The notes beneath the pieces are model-generated. The model worked only from the letters and a program-made list of their open reading frames with translations, had not been told where the DNA came from and did no database searches. A stretch of 64,000 nt of DNA, from positions 3,038,001 to 3,102,000 of the forward strand of contig CM059432.1 in assembly GCA_030390025.1 (NCBI GenBank). The letters run 5' to 3'. The stretch is from Squalus acanthias (lineage: Eukaryota). Shown one piece after another: positions 47,597-60,221 of this stretch; the first letter of the stretch is position 1, and each line of letters begins with the position of its first letter. The position numbers and the translations under genes are program-made.

Positions 47597-48888
47597 GAAT
47601 CAAGGGATATGGGGATCGGGCGGGAAAGTGGAGTTGAGGTCGAAGATCAGCCATGATCTTACTGAATGACGGAGTAGGCTCGAGGGGCCGAATGGCCGAC
47701 TCCTGCTCCTAATTCTTATGATCTTATGTTCTTAATTAAACAGCATAGAAACAGGTCAACTGGGTTATGCTCCACACGAGCCTTCTCTCACCCTACTTCA
47801 CATCTCACCCTATCAGCACATCCCTCTATTCCTTTCTCCCTCATGTGCTTATCCAACTTCCCCTTAAATGTATCTATACTATTCGCCTCAACCACTCCCT
47901 GTGGTAGCGAGTTCCACATTCTCACCACACTCTGGGTAAAGAAGTTTCTCCTGAATTCCCGATTGGATTTATTAGTGACTACCTTATATTGATGGCCCCT
48001 AGTTCTGGTCTCACCCGCAAGTGGAAACATCTTCTCTACGTCTACCCTATCTAACCCCTTCATAATTTTAAAGACCTCTATCAGCTCACCCCCAAGAGCC
48101 CCAGCCTGTTCAGTCTTTCTTGATAGGTATAACCTCTCAGTTCTGGTATCATCCTTGTAAATCATTTACGCACCCTCTCCAGTGTCTCTATATTTGTTTT
48201 CTAATATGGAGACCAGAACTGTGCACAGTCCTCCAAGTGTGGTCTAAACCAAGGTTCTGTACAAGGTTAACATAATTTCCCTGCTTTTCAATTCAATTCC
48301 TCCAGACAGATCGTGTTCATGTTCTGGCTGGCTGCTGCATACTCCTACTGCTATTTCAGTCAGTCATTTTTTGGCATCAGATGAAGTGCTAACTTCTGAT
48401 AAAGGAACTTTTAAGCATGCTGTTACAGGGCAACGGTATAGGAGGTGGGGAATGATTCAGTTCCTGGTTAAGCAGTGCCTCGATTTTAAAATTCTCATCC
48501 TTGTTTTCAAATTCCTCCATGGCCTCGCCCCCTCTCTATCTCTGGAATCTCCTCCAGCCCTACAACGCTCCCCCCCCCCCCACCCCAGAGATCTCTGCGC
48601 TCCTCCAATCTGACCGCTTGTCAATTCCCAATTTTAATCGCTCCAACGTTGGCGGCCGTACCTTCTGTTGCCTGGGCCCTAAGCTCTGGAATTCCCTCCC
48701 TAAACCTCTCTCTCCTCCTTTAAGACGCTCCTTAAAACCTACCTCTTTGACCAAGCTTTTTGGTCACCTGTCCTAATATCTCCTTATGTGGCTCGGTGCC
48801 AAATTTTGTCTGATAATTGCTCCTGTGAAGCTCCCTTGGGACGTTTTACTACGTTAAAGGCGCTGTATAAATACAAATTGTTGTTGTT
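47597..48888. mobile_element. CR1 tail (+, ~47597-47735), CR1 fragment (-, ~47765-48300) and L2 fragment (+, ~48460-48888)
   Basis: Motif matches as for the other copies. Confidence 0.8.
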
Positions 48889-49055
48889 TGTTGAGACAGG
48901 CGAGAGGTACATATAGTTCTGTTGGACAGTCTGTCACATGTACCAAAGCTGGGTGAGAGTTTGTCAACATATACACAACAGTTGGCAAAAAAAACCTGCA
49001 GGTGCTGATAGGGAGCAAGAAATCTTAGATGTGATCCAAAATATTTAAAACATAG

Positions 49056-49093
<38 letters not shown>

Positions 49094-49729
49094 TTTAATT
49101 CGCTCCTGGGATGTGGGCGTCGCTGGCAAGGCCGGCATTTATTGCCCATCCCTAATCGCCCTCGAGAAGGTGGTGGTGAGCTGCCTTCTTGAACCGCTGC
49201 AGTCCGTGTGGTGAAGGTGCTCCCACAGTGCTGTTAGGGAGGGAGTTCCAGGATTTTGACCCAGCGACGATGAAGGAACGGACGATATATTTCCAAGTCA
49301 GGATGGTGTGTGTGACTTGGAGGTGGTGGTGTTCCCGTGCACCTGCTACCCTCGTCTTTCTAGGTGGTAGAGGTCGCGGGTTTGGGAGGTGTTGTTTAAG
49401 AAGCCTTGGCGAGTTGCTGCAGTGCATCTTGTAGATGGTACACACTGCAGGCATGGTGGATTACTACTTTTAAAATATTGCACACAGATGCAGATCTAAA
49501 TCTGTTCAACATGTGTTATTATTTGTACATTGAATAGTGGTGGGGAATTGGAGTCATCCTGAATCCAGAATGGTGTTGATTAAAGTGGTTAAGGTTGGCT
49601 GTTTGATTCCTCTGCCTGGGGCATTCACACTGTAAAAACATTGCTGAGAGAAGAATGTGCACACCGATGTCGAAAACCAGCAATGCGGCAGAAATGTGAT
49701 GGCCACAACTTTCAGAAGTCTTTGGGGTT

Positions 49730-51318
49730 TAAACACAACAACTTGCATTTATATAGCACCTTTAACGTAGTAAAACGTCCCAAGGCGCTTCACAGGAGCG
49801 ATATCTTAAAGTTTTATCCTGCATTACAACAGTGACTACACTTCAAAAGTACTTCATTGGACGTAAAGCACTTTGGGACGTCCTGAGGTTGTGAAAGGCG
49901 CTATAGAAATGCAAGTCTGTCTTTTCCTTCTTTAAAACTTGATACCGAGCCATGTGAGGAGATATTAAGGAGATAAGGTGACCAAAAGCTTGGTCAAAGA
50001 GATGGGTTTTAAGGAGCGTCTTAAAAGAGAGGCGGTGACATGTAGAGGGGGAATTCCAGAGCTTAGGGCCCAGGCAGCTGAAGGCACGGCCGCCAATGGT
50101 GGAGCGATTAAAATCGGGGATGCGCAAGAGGCCAGAATTGGCGGAGCGCCGAAATCTCGGAGGGCTGGAGGGCTAGCGGAGGTTACAGAGATAGGGAGGG
50201 GTCAAAGAGGTAGAAAATCAGCAGCTCTTCCATTTCACCTAACGGACAGAAAACAGAGAGTAGGAATAAACAAATCATTTTCGGGTTGGCAGGCTGTAAC
50301 TAGTGGGATACCGTAAGGGTCAGTGCTTGGGCCTCAGCTATTCACAATCTATATCAATGATTTAGATGAGGGGGGGTCAAATGTAATATATCCAAGTTTG
50401 CTGATGATACAAAGCTAGGTGGGAATGTAAGTTGTGAGGAGGATGCAAGGAGGCTTCAAGGGGATATAGACAGGCTAAGTGAGTGGGCAAGAACATGGCA
50501 AATGGAATATAATGTGGAGAAATGTGATGTTATCCACTTTGGTAGGAAAAATAGAAAAGCAGAGTATTTTTTAAATGGAGAGAGATTGGGAAATGTTGGT
50601 GTTCAGAGGGACCTGGGTGTCCTTGTACACAAATCACTAAGTTAACATGCAGGTACAGCAAGCAATTAGGAAAGCAAATGGTATGTTGGCCTTTATTACA
50701 AGAGGATTTGAGTACAAGAGTAAAGACATCTTACTGCAATTATATAGGGCCCAAGTGAGACCACACCTGGAGTATTGTGTACAGTTTTGGTCTCCTTACC
50801 CAAGGAAGGATATACTTGCCATAGAGGGGGTGCAACAAAGGTTCACCAGACTGGTTCCTGGGATGGGGGGATCGTCCTATGGAGGAGAGACTGAGTAGAT
50901 TAAGCCTATATTCTCTAGAGTTTAGAAGAATGAGAGGTGATCTCATTGAAACATACAAAATTCTTACAGGGCTTGACAGGGCAGATGCAGGGAGGATGTT
51001 TCCCCTGGCTGGAGATTCTAGAACCAGGGGTCACAGTCTCAGAATAAGAGGTCAGCCATTTAGGACTGAGATGAGGAGAAATATCTTCATTCAGGGAGTG
51101 GTGAATCTTTAGAATTCTCTACCCCAGAGGGCTGTTGAATATACTCAACAACTGAGCCTCAAGACAGAGATCGATAGATTTTTGGATGTTAAGGAAATCA
51201 AGGGATATGGGGATCGGGCGGGAAAGTGGAGTTGAGATGGAAGATCAGCCATGATCTTATTGAATGGCGGAGCAGGCTCGAGGGGCCGAATGACCTACTC
51301 CTGCTCCTAATTCTTATA
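49730..51318. mobile_element. L2 fragment (-, ~49730-50200, with SINE tail inside) followed by CR1 RT/3' fragment (+, ~50238-51318)
   Basis: LTDRKQRVGINKSFSGWQAVTSG...FADD...[13 protein letters not shown]. Confidence 0.88.
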
Positions 51319-52215
51319 TGAGGGCTACATTTTTTGAAACTAAATTCACCCTCAGTCTACAGTATTCTGTTGCAGCTCTCGCCAGTGGTTCCGTTAGTAA
51401 CTAAACCGCTCAGGTCCGTACAGAGGAAGAGAGTCCCAGGTTCAATCTCAAGCCTCCGTTGAGCTAGGATGGTGGTCGGATCAGAGAGGGTGAAAAATGT
51501 CAGTCAGAATTCCTTTCCCAATTGCTATTACATGACCCATGTTGGAAAGAAGCCAGGGGGTTGCATTCTGGGGTTGACGTCATGACCCCAGGGGGACCCC
51601 ACCGCCACCATTTGACAGCCTGATACACCCTGGTCCGACCAGGCATACCAGCCATCTGGGATACCTCAGGTTCATGCAAGGTCGGGAATGCCGGAACTCC
51701 CAGCTTTGGGAGTCCCTGACTCTACCTCTCCATCATCAATGTCCATGCTTGGGAGGGGGTGGGCAAGAGGCTCCATCCTCCTCCCAGATGCAAACTCCAA
51801 TGTTAGGCCACGGCCTGATTTATCTGGATTATTTCTGGCCCTATCCATTTGCTCTCCTGCTAGAGTCATGGCAAGAGTGGGCCAGCAGGGCCGAAGACAT
51901 TTGGCGCTATAACCTCTCAGAGAGGCTGTGCGGAGTGTCAGAGCTGGTGGAATGTCTAAAGTTACACAAGGGCAGTTCCAGTGACGTTATTGCCCGTCCT
52001 GAAGCTAGATTTCAGTCCAGATGTGGCTCATTTGAAAATTAGCTTCACCCAAACACTTTGTGAAGAACCTAAACTTTCATTGGAAAGTTAGATAAAACTC
52101 AGTCATTTTTGTAAACACGTTCTAAATCGATTAACTCTGCAAAAATAGGATCCATTTAAGACCCTGCTTTAATAGTAGAAAACGCTGGTTCCTTTCTAAA
52201 AACCTCAGGCAGATG

Positions 52216-52680
52216 TGACTCAGTGGGCAGCACTCTCACCTCTGAGTCAGAAGGTCGTGGGTCCAAGTCCCACTCCAGGGACTTGAGCACAAAAATTCAA
52301 GCCAACACCCCAGTGCGGTGCTGAGGGAGTGCTGCACTGTCGGAGGTGCCGTCTTTCAGATGAGATGTTAAACCGAGGTCCCGTCTGCTCTCTCAGGTGG
52401 ATGTAAAAGATCCCATGGCCACTATTTCGAAGAAGAGCAGGGGAGTTCTCCCCGGTGTCCTGGGCCAATATTTATCCCTCAACCAACATCACTAAAAACA
52501 GATGATGATCTGGTCATTATCATATTGCTGTTTGTGGGAGCTTGCTGTGCGCAAATTGACTGCCGCGTTTCCTACATTACAGCAGTGACTACACTTCAAA
52601 AAGCACTTCATTGGCTGTGAAGCGTTTTGAGATGTCCCGAGGTTGTGAAAGGCGCTATAGAAATGCAAGTCTTTCTTTCC
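52216..52680 (+). mobile_element. Near full-length DeuSINE (SacSINE1-like)
   Basis: tRNA head, hairpin, core and GAAAGGCGCTATAGAAATGCAAGTCTTT tail. Confidence 0.9.
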
Positions 52681-53261
52681 TTTAGAAGGTAACTTTTAAC
52701 AAATGGTTCAGGGACCACGTTTCGGGAGCTTGTCTTGTTATCTTCCGAAATCTGCCAGAGAGGAATTATTTAAGCACCTCTGTACTCCCGAGCAGGGCAC
52801 GAACCAGCAAGAGGTTCTTGTGTCCTCTCAGGTATTCTATATAAATCTACCGCCACAGAATAATCATTAAATGCAGACAATTGCTAGGATACCTTGGAAT
52901 GTTAATCGAAGTTTGGTCATACGATGATTTGGTTATGCAGGAGGTACCAATTGCCTTAAGAAACCTTTCAAGCTTGAAATTAAGATGCTGGATAACAAGG
53001 CATGATATGCTACGAATGCAGATTCTTAAAAATGAAAGCAAAGGAATAGGATCAAAATGAAAGGAAAGACTTTATCTGTTCAACAATGTGCTATAGATCT
53101 GACAATACTATAATTAATATCTTTACTGGTACCAATGAAACAGTTTGACAAAAAACAACTTTTCATTACAAGATCCCAGTTATTTCGTATGACATTTCTT
53201 ATTTTGAGGAAATTAGTCTTTTGGTCTCTATCAAAGAAAGGAAAGAGAAAGAAAAAGAAAA

Positions 53262-54312
53262 AGACTTACATTTCTCCAGCGCCTTTCACGACCACCGGAC
53301 GTCCCAAAGCGCTTTACAGCCAATGAAGTGCTTTTGAAGTGTAGTCACTGTTGTAATGTAGGAAACGCGGCAGCCAATTTGCGCACAGCAAGCTCCCACA
53401 AACAGCAATGTGATAATGACCAGATAATCTGTTTTTGTTGGGGATTAAGGGATAAATATTGGCCGGGACACCGGGGGATAACTCCCCTGCTCTTTTTCGA
53501 AATAGTGTCGTGAGATCCTTTACGTCCACTTGAGAGAGCAGACGGGGCCTCGGTTTAACGTCTCATCCGAACGACGGCCCCTCTGACAGTGCAGCACTCC
53601 CTCAGCACTGCACTGGAGTGTCAGCCTAGCTTGATGCTCTCAAGTCCCTGGAGTGGGACTTGAACCCACAACCTTGTTCCCATTTGCGCGGCCGCGCAGT
53701 GATCTGCAAGTGATGATTTTCCAAATGTGCACTCATGGCTGGGAACGTTCCTGTCAAGTGTGCATACTGTGCAATCGTGGGCAACATGATCACACACAGC
53801 AAGCAAGGCCGACACTCCAGTGCAGTGCTGAGGGAGCACTGCACCGTCAGAGGTGCTGACTTTTGGATGAGACGTTAGCAGACGGGGCCTCAGTTTAACG
53901 TCTCATCCGGGGACTTGAGTGCATAAATCTAGGCTGACACTCCAGTGCAGTGCTGAGGGAGTGCTGCACTGTCTGAGGGGCCGTCGTTCGGATGAGACGT
54001 TAAACTGAGGCCCCGTCTGCTCTCTCAAGTGGACGTAAAGGATCTCACGGCACTATTTCGAAGAAAAGCAGGGAAGTTCTCCCCGGTGCCCTGGGGCCAA
54101 TATTTATCCCTCAATCAACATCACTAAAAAAGAGATTATCTGGTCATTATCACATTGCTGTTTGTGGGAGCTTGCTGTGCGCAAATTGGCTGCCGCGTTT
54201 CCTACATTACAACAGTGACTACACTTCAAAAGTACTTAATTGGCTGTAAAGCGCTTTGAGACGTCCGGTGGTCGTGAAAGGCGCTATAGAAATGCAAGTC
54301 TTTCTTTCTTTC
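53262..54312. mobile_element. Head-to-head DeuSINE pair (minus 53262-53672; plus ~53910-54312) with intervening SINE fragments
   Basis: Two oppositely oriented copies about 240 bp apart. Confidence 0.88.
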
Positions 54313-54588
54313 TTCCACCTGTGGCACACGTTTGAAAGAAATCAGCTATTGTACATCTACTGCTTAGGCCTCTGCATGAAGCCGCACAGCATGAACCCAC
54401 TTTCACACAATTTGCAAACAGGTTAAAACCCATCCTTTAGAGAAAAAAACCCCACAACATTCCAAAAGCAAGCGTTCTAATCTGTAATTAGGCAGATTGA
54501 CCGTGTCTTCCCAATGTAGGAACAGACTGCCCTGGTAGTGAGTGGGACGCAGCATACTCTGCTAACGTAGAGTCACACTGTAATCCCA

Positions 54589-56365
54589 GATCAGTGCTTG
54601 GGCCTCAGCTATTGACAATCCATGTCTATGACTTCGATGAGGGGAGGTGTGGGGGGGGTCCAAGTGCAATGTATCTAAGTTTGCTGATGATACAAAGCTG
54701 GGTGGCAAAGTAAGTTGTCAGGAGGACGCAAAGAGGCTGCAGAGGGATAGAGACAGGCTAAGTGACTGGGCAAGAACGTGGCAGATGGAATATAATGTGG
54801 AGAAATGTGAAGTTGTCCACTTTGGTAAAAAAAAAACGCAGAATATTTTTTAAATAGTGGGAGACTGGGAAATGTTGGTGTTCAGAGGGACCTGGGTGTC
54901 CTTGTACACGAATCACAGAAAGTTAACACGCAGGTACAGCAAGCAGTTAGGAAAGCAAATGGTATTACATCGGATATACGGCACAGAAACAGGCCATTCG
55001 GCCCAACCAGTCCATACCGGCGTTTATGCTCCACTCAGGCCTCCTCCCATCTTTCCTCATCTAACTCTATCAGCATAACCCTCTATTCCCTTCTCCCTCA
55101 TATGCTTGTCTAGCCTCCCCTTAAGTGCATCTATACTATTCGCCTCAACCACTCCCTGTGGCAGCGAGTTCCACATTCTCACCACTCTCTGGGTAAAGAG
55201 GTTTCTTCTGAATTCCCTATTGGATTTCTTGGTGACTATCTTATATTGATGGCCTCTAGTTTTGCTCTTTCCCACAAGTATGTTGGCCTTTATTACAAAA
55301 AGATTGGAATATCATAGTAAAGAAGTCTTACTACAATTACATAGGGCCCTGGTGAGACCACACCTGGAGTACTGTGCACAGTTTTGGTCTCCTTACCTAA
55401 GGAAGGATATACTTGCCTTAGAGGAGTTGCAACAAAGGTTCACTAGACTGATTCCTGGGATGGGGGACTGTCCGATGAGGAGAGATTGAGTAGATTAGGC
55501 CTATATCCCCTAGAGTTTAGAAGAATGAGAGGTGATCTCATTAAAACATAAAATTCTTAAGGGGCTTGACAGGGTAGATGCTGGGAGGATGTTTCCCCTG
55601 GCTGGGGAGTCTAGAACCAGGGGTCACAGTGTCGGATAAGGGGTCGGCCATTTAGGTCTGAGATGAGGAGAAATTTCTTCACTCAAAGGGTTGTGAATCA
55701 TTGGAATTCTCTACCCCAGAGAGCTGTGGATGCTCAGTCGTTGAGTATATTCAAGACAGAGATCGATAGATTTTGGGACTCTAGGGGAATTAAGGGATAT
55801 GGGGATCGGGCGGGAAAGTGGAGTTGAGGTCGAAGATCAGCCATGATCTTATTGAATGGCGGAGCAGGCTCGAGGGGCCGTATGGCCGACTCCTGCTCCT
55901 ATTTCTTACGTTCTTATGTGAATCATCGAATCATACAGCACAGGAGGAGGCCATTCGGCCCATCATGCCTGTGCCGGCTCTTTGAACGAGCTCTCCAATT
56001 AGTCCCACTCCCCCCTGCTCTTTCTCCACAGCCCTGCAAGTTTTTCCCTTTCAAGTATATATAGAATGCCCCTTTTGAAAAGTTACTATTGAATCTGCTT
56101 CCACCGCCCTTTCAGGCAGCGCGTTCCAGATCATCATAACTCGCTGCATTAAAAAAATTCTCCTCTTTTCATCTCTGGCTCTTTTGCCAATTCCCTTCAA
56201 TCTGTGTCCTCTGGTCACCGACCCTCCTGCCAGTGGAAACAATTTCTCCTTATTTACTCTATCAAATCCTTTCAAAGGTTTTAAACACCTCAATTAAATC
56301 TCCCCATTACCTTCTCTGCTCAAAAGGAGAACAATCCCAGCTTTTCCAGTCTCTCTATGTAACTA
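54589..56365. mobile_element. CR1 fragment (+, ~54589-55918) with nested CR1 tail (-, ~54965-55277), followed by CR1 tail (-, ~55920-56365)
   Basis: The host reads ...GCAAATGGTAT and resumes GTATGTTGGCC (GTAT duplicated) around the nested copy. Confidence 0.88.
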
Positions 56366-57022
56366 CGATTGTACAGAATTAGTTCTACCTTCCAGATTCC
56401 TCAGCGCGTACTGCTCCCAACTACTTCAGAAGTCAAACAAACAGAGGCTGCGAACTTGTGAGGAATTCATAGAGAGGCAAAGTACAACTTCTAAATCTGT
56501 CATGCGCACTAATTGGCTGAAAATGGAGACAAAGACGGAGAATAGTTAGCGCGGGTGCCCTTGATGAGAGACCGCAGAGCAGTGAATCTAGGCAGCGGAT
56601 ATTTATACAGTTTGCGACTAATCCTGAACCAGCTTTTTTTTTAAAATTTGTTTATGGGATGTGGGCGTCGCTGGCAAGGCCGGCATTTATTGCCCATCCC
56701 TAATTGCCCTCGAGAAGGTGGTGGTGAGCCACCTTCTTGAACCGCTGCAGTCCGTGTGGTGAAGGTTCTCCCACAGTGCTGTTAGGGAGGGAGTTCCAGG
56801 ATTTTGACCCAGCGACGATAAAGGATCGGCCGATATATTTCTAAGTCAGGATGGTGTGTGACTTGGAGGGGAACTTGGAGGTGGTGGTGTTCCCATGCGC
56901 CTGCTGCCCTTGTCCTTCTAGGTGGAAGAGGTCGCGGGTTTGGGAGGTGCTGCTGAAGAAACCTTGGCGAGTTGCTGCAGTGCATCATGTGCAGCAACCC
57001 GCTGGTCACACTGGCATCATAA

Positions 57023-57168
57023 GCAACCTTCCCTCTAAGCTACGTGAATGTGCAGCGGTCAGCTGGCCCCAGGCTGCGCGGTACTGGCTTTTCCAACGTG
57101 AAATTTCGAGCGTGCACGAAACATTGAAGGGGGCTCGCGCACCCCCAAAAAGATTCGGGGGAACACGG
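57023..57168. mobile_element. Degenerate short TIR element (possibly hAT MITE)
   Basis: Left CAACCTTCCCTCTAAGCT versus right reverse complement CCGTGTTCCCCCGAATCT. Confidence 0.4.
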
Positions 57169-58489
57169 ATCGTAACTATGGAGACATCTGCAGTCGAACC
57201 AGCCGTTTACTTATGCCAGGCGCTCTCATCATTCTTTCCTGGCTCTTTATCTCACACACACACACTGGCTAAATGGACGCAGAAGAGTTCATGCTATTGC
57301 CAGATGCTTGTTAGTTTGCAGTTGTCAACTTTTACACAGTGGATTACATTGAAAGAGTGATTTGGGCTTACAACAGAAGCCAAGTGATTCGACTTGTGCC
57401 AAATATTTCTGGTCTCTGAATCACCCTTGCATCAAAATGACACAAATGAGAACCACGGTCACAGTCAGCGATTCATTGCAATTACAATAAAGCTACTGAT
57501 TAATTCAAAGTTCAGCTGGAGATCAGATTTGACAGCACAGCTTGCATAATAGTACTGCAAACAATAAGGCTATAAATTGTATTAACAATTGCACAATGTC
57601 GAGTGACATGCCAATGAACTCCTTAGACCCTTTGATAGCTGGGTCATAGATTGTTGCATTGTTTGGTAGCATTGTTGCTCAATCCCTCCAGGCCATTGCT
57701 GTTTTAAAGCGATATTTAGCTCTGCTAATTAGAAAAGAAAGACTTCGCAGAATCATAGAAATTTACAGCGCAGAAGGAGGCCATTCGGCCCATCGTGTCT
57801 GCGCCGGTCGACAAAGAGCCATCCAGCCTAATCCCACTTTCCAGCTCTTGGTCCGTGGCCCTGTAGGTTACGGCACTTCAAGTGCACATCCAAGCACTTT
57901 TCAAATGTGATGAGGGTTTCTGCCTCTACCGCCCTTTCAGGCAGTGAGTTCCAGACCCCCACCACCCTCTGGGTGAAAAAATTTCTCAACTCCCCTCTAA
58001 TCCTTCGACCAATTACTTTAAATCTCTGCCCCCTGGTTATTGACCTCTCTGCTAAGGGAAACAGGTCCTTCCTATCCACTCTATCTAGGCCCACAAAATT
58101 TTATACACCTCAATCAAGTGTCCCCTCAGCCTCCTCTGTTCCAAAGAAAACAACACCAGCCTAGCCAATCTTTCCCCATAGCTAAAATTCCCCAGCCCAG
58201 GCAACATCCTCGCAAACCTCCTCTGCACCCTCTCTAGTGCAATCACATCCTTCCTGTAATGTGGTGACCAGAACTGCACGCAGTATTCCAGCTGTGCCCC
58301 AACTAGTGCTTTATACAGTTCTAGCATAACTTCCCTGCTCTTATATTCTATGCCTCAGCTAATAAAGGCAAGTAACCCGTATGCCTTCTTAACCACCTTA
58401 TCTACCTGTCCTGCTACCTTCAGGGATCTGTGGACCTGTACTCCAAGGTCCCTCTGTTGCTCTACACTTCTCAGTATCCTACCATTTAT

Positions 58490-58634
58490 CAGTTTCTGTG
58501 TTTATATACTGTGAAATATTGTAGATTCACTCATTGTAACTTTACCTGAGGAAGGGGCGACAGCTCCGAAAGCTTGTAATTTTAAATAAATCTGTTGGAC
58601 TATAACCTGGTGTTGTGCGACTTCTCATTTTTGT
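58490..58634 (+). mobile_element. 145-bp Penelope-like pLTR fragment with 11-bp TSD
   Basis: CTACCATTTAT duplicated at 58479-58489 and 58635-58645; shares its terminus with the 3827-4052 and 8742-8791 inserts. Confidence 0.8.
58542..58579 (+). ncRNA. Minimal type I hammerhead ribozyme motif
   Basis: UUAC-CUGAGGA-A-GGGGC-GACA-GCUCC-GAAA-GC-UU-GUAA: perfect stem I UUAC/GUAA, stem II GGGGC/GCUCC, conserved core. Confidence 0.7.
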
Positions 58635-59014
58635 CTACCATTTATTGTTAGCGCCTCCCCAAATGCATTACCTCACACTTCTCCAGATTGAATTCCATTT
58701 GCCACTTTTCTGCCCACCTGACCAGTCCATTGATATCTTCCTGCAGTCTGCAGCTTTCTTCTCATTATCAACCTCACAGCCAATTTTTGTATCATCTGCA
58801 AACTTCTTAATCATCCCTCTACATTGAAGTCTAAATCATTGATGAAAACCACAAAAAGCAGGGGACCTAGTACGGAGGCCTGTGGAACCCCACTGGAAAC
58901 AGCCTTCCAGTCACAAAAACACCCGTCTACCATTACCCTTTGCTTCTTGCCACTGACCCAATTTTGGATCCAACTTGCCACTTTCCCTCTGGATCCCATG
59001 GGCTTTTTACTCTT

Positions 59015-59475
59015 TTTTGCATTTATATAGCACCTTTCACAACCTCAGGACATCCCAAAGCACTTTACAGCCAACAAATTACTTTTGAAGTGTAGTCACT
59101 GTTGTAATGTAGGAAACGCAGCAGCCAATTTGCGCACAGCAAGCTCCCATCAACAGCAACGTGATAATGACCAGATAATTTTTTTTTTTTAAGTGCTGTT
59201 GATTGAGGGATAAATATTGGCCCCAGGACACTGGGGATAACGCCCCTGCTCTTCTTCAAAATAGTGCCGTGGGATCATTTATGCCCACCTGAGAGAGACG
59301 GGGCCTCGGTTTAACGTCTCATCTGAAAGACGGCACCTCTGACAGTGCAGCACGCCCTCGGTACTGCACTGGGAATGTCAGCCAAGATTTTTTGTGCACA
59401 AGTCTCTGGAGTGGGACTTGAACCCACGACCTTCTGACTCAGAGGCGAGAGTGCGGCCCACTGAGCTATGACACC
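59015..59475 (-). mobile_element. Full-length DeuSINE, followed by a short plus-strand SINE head (~59477-59518)
   Basis: Reverse complement of the whole SINE. Confidence 0.88.
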
Positions 59476-60221
59476 ATGGCTCAGTTGGTAGCACTCTCGC
59501 CTCGGAGTCAGAAGGTTGTATTACAAAGTATTACAGCATCACCTGCAAGTTCCCCTCAAGTCACACACCATCCCGACTTGGAAATATAATCGGCCGTTCC
59601 TTCGTCGTCGCTGGGTCAAAATCCTGGAACTCCCTCCCTAATAGCACTGTGGGAGCACCTTCACCACACGGACTGCAGCGGTTCAAGAAAGCGGCTCACC
59701 ACCAACTTCTCAAGGGCAATTAGGGGATGGGCAATAAATGCTGGCTTTGTTAGTGACGTCCATATTCCAAGGACAAATGTTTTAATAAAGTCTAGCTGAA
59801 GAAAGTTCTGTCAAGCTTATATTACTGAATCACCATCACTTGGAACAGTTCCACAATGTGTTAAAGCTACAGTTGCTCGGTCATGGGCCAGCTTACATTG
59901 TAAGGCGGATAACAGAACACTGACAGCAACGCATGGCTTGGCTCCAGTGTTGCCAACCCTCCAGGATTGCCCTGGAGTCTCCAAGAATTGAAGTTTCATC
60001 TCCAGGACCCTGCTGCGAGCAATCCGGGAGAAATATCATAGGGGACCTTCTCATTGTCTTTGACCACTTTTGTTTACTAGTTATAAAGGATATTGGAGAT
60101 GGGGACAAGGCTGTTTGACCGGTCGGGCCAGTTGGAGGCAGGAAGTCATGTGATAGAATCGCTCGGCTACGTCCAAGCAAAGTTGGCAACCCTACCCAGC
60201 ACACATACTTTTGCTTCGAAT

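Larger units (their letters stand above)
57750..59005 (-). mobile_element. CR1 RT/3' fragment interrupted by a Penelope-like insertion
   Basis: WIQNWVSGKKQRVMVDG...[22 protein letters not shown]...[15 protein letters not shown]. Confidence 0.9.

Noticed and set aside
51380..51845. Possible old tRNA-SINE relic and degenerate MITE
   Set aside because: Too diverged to define ends, TIRs or family by eye.
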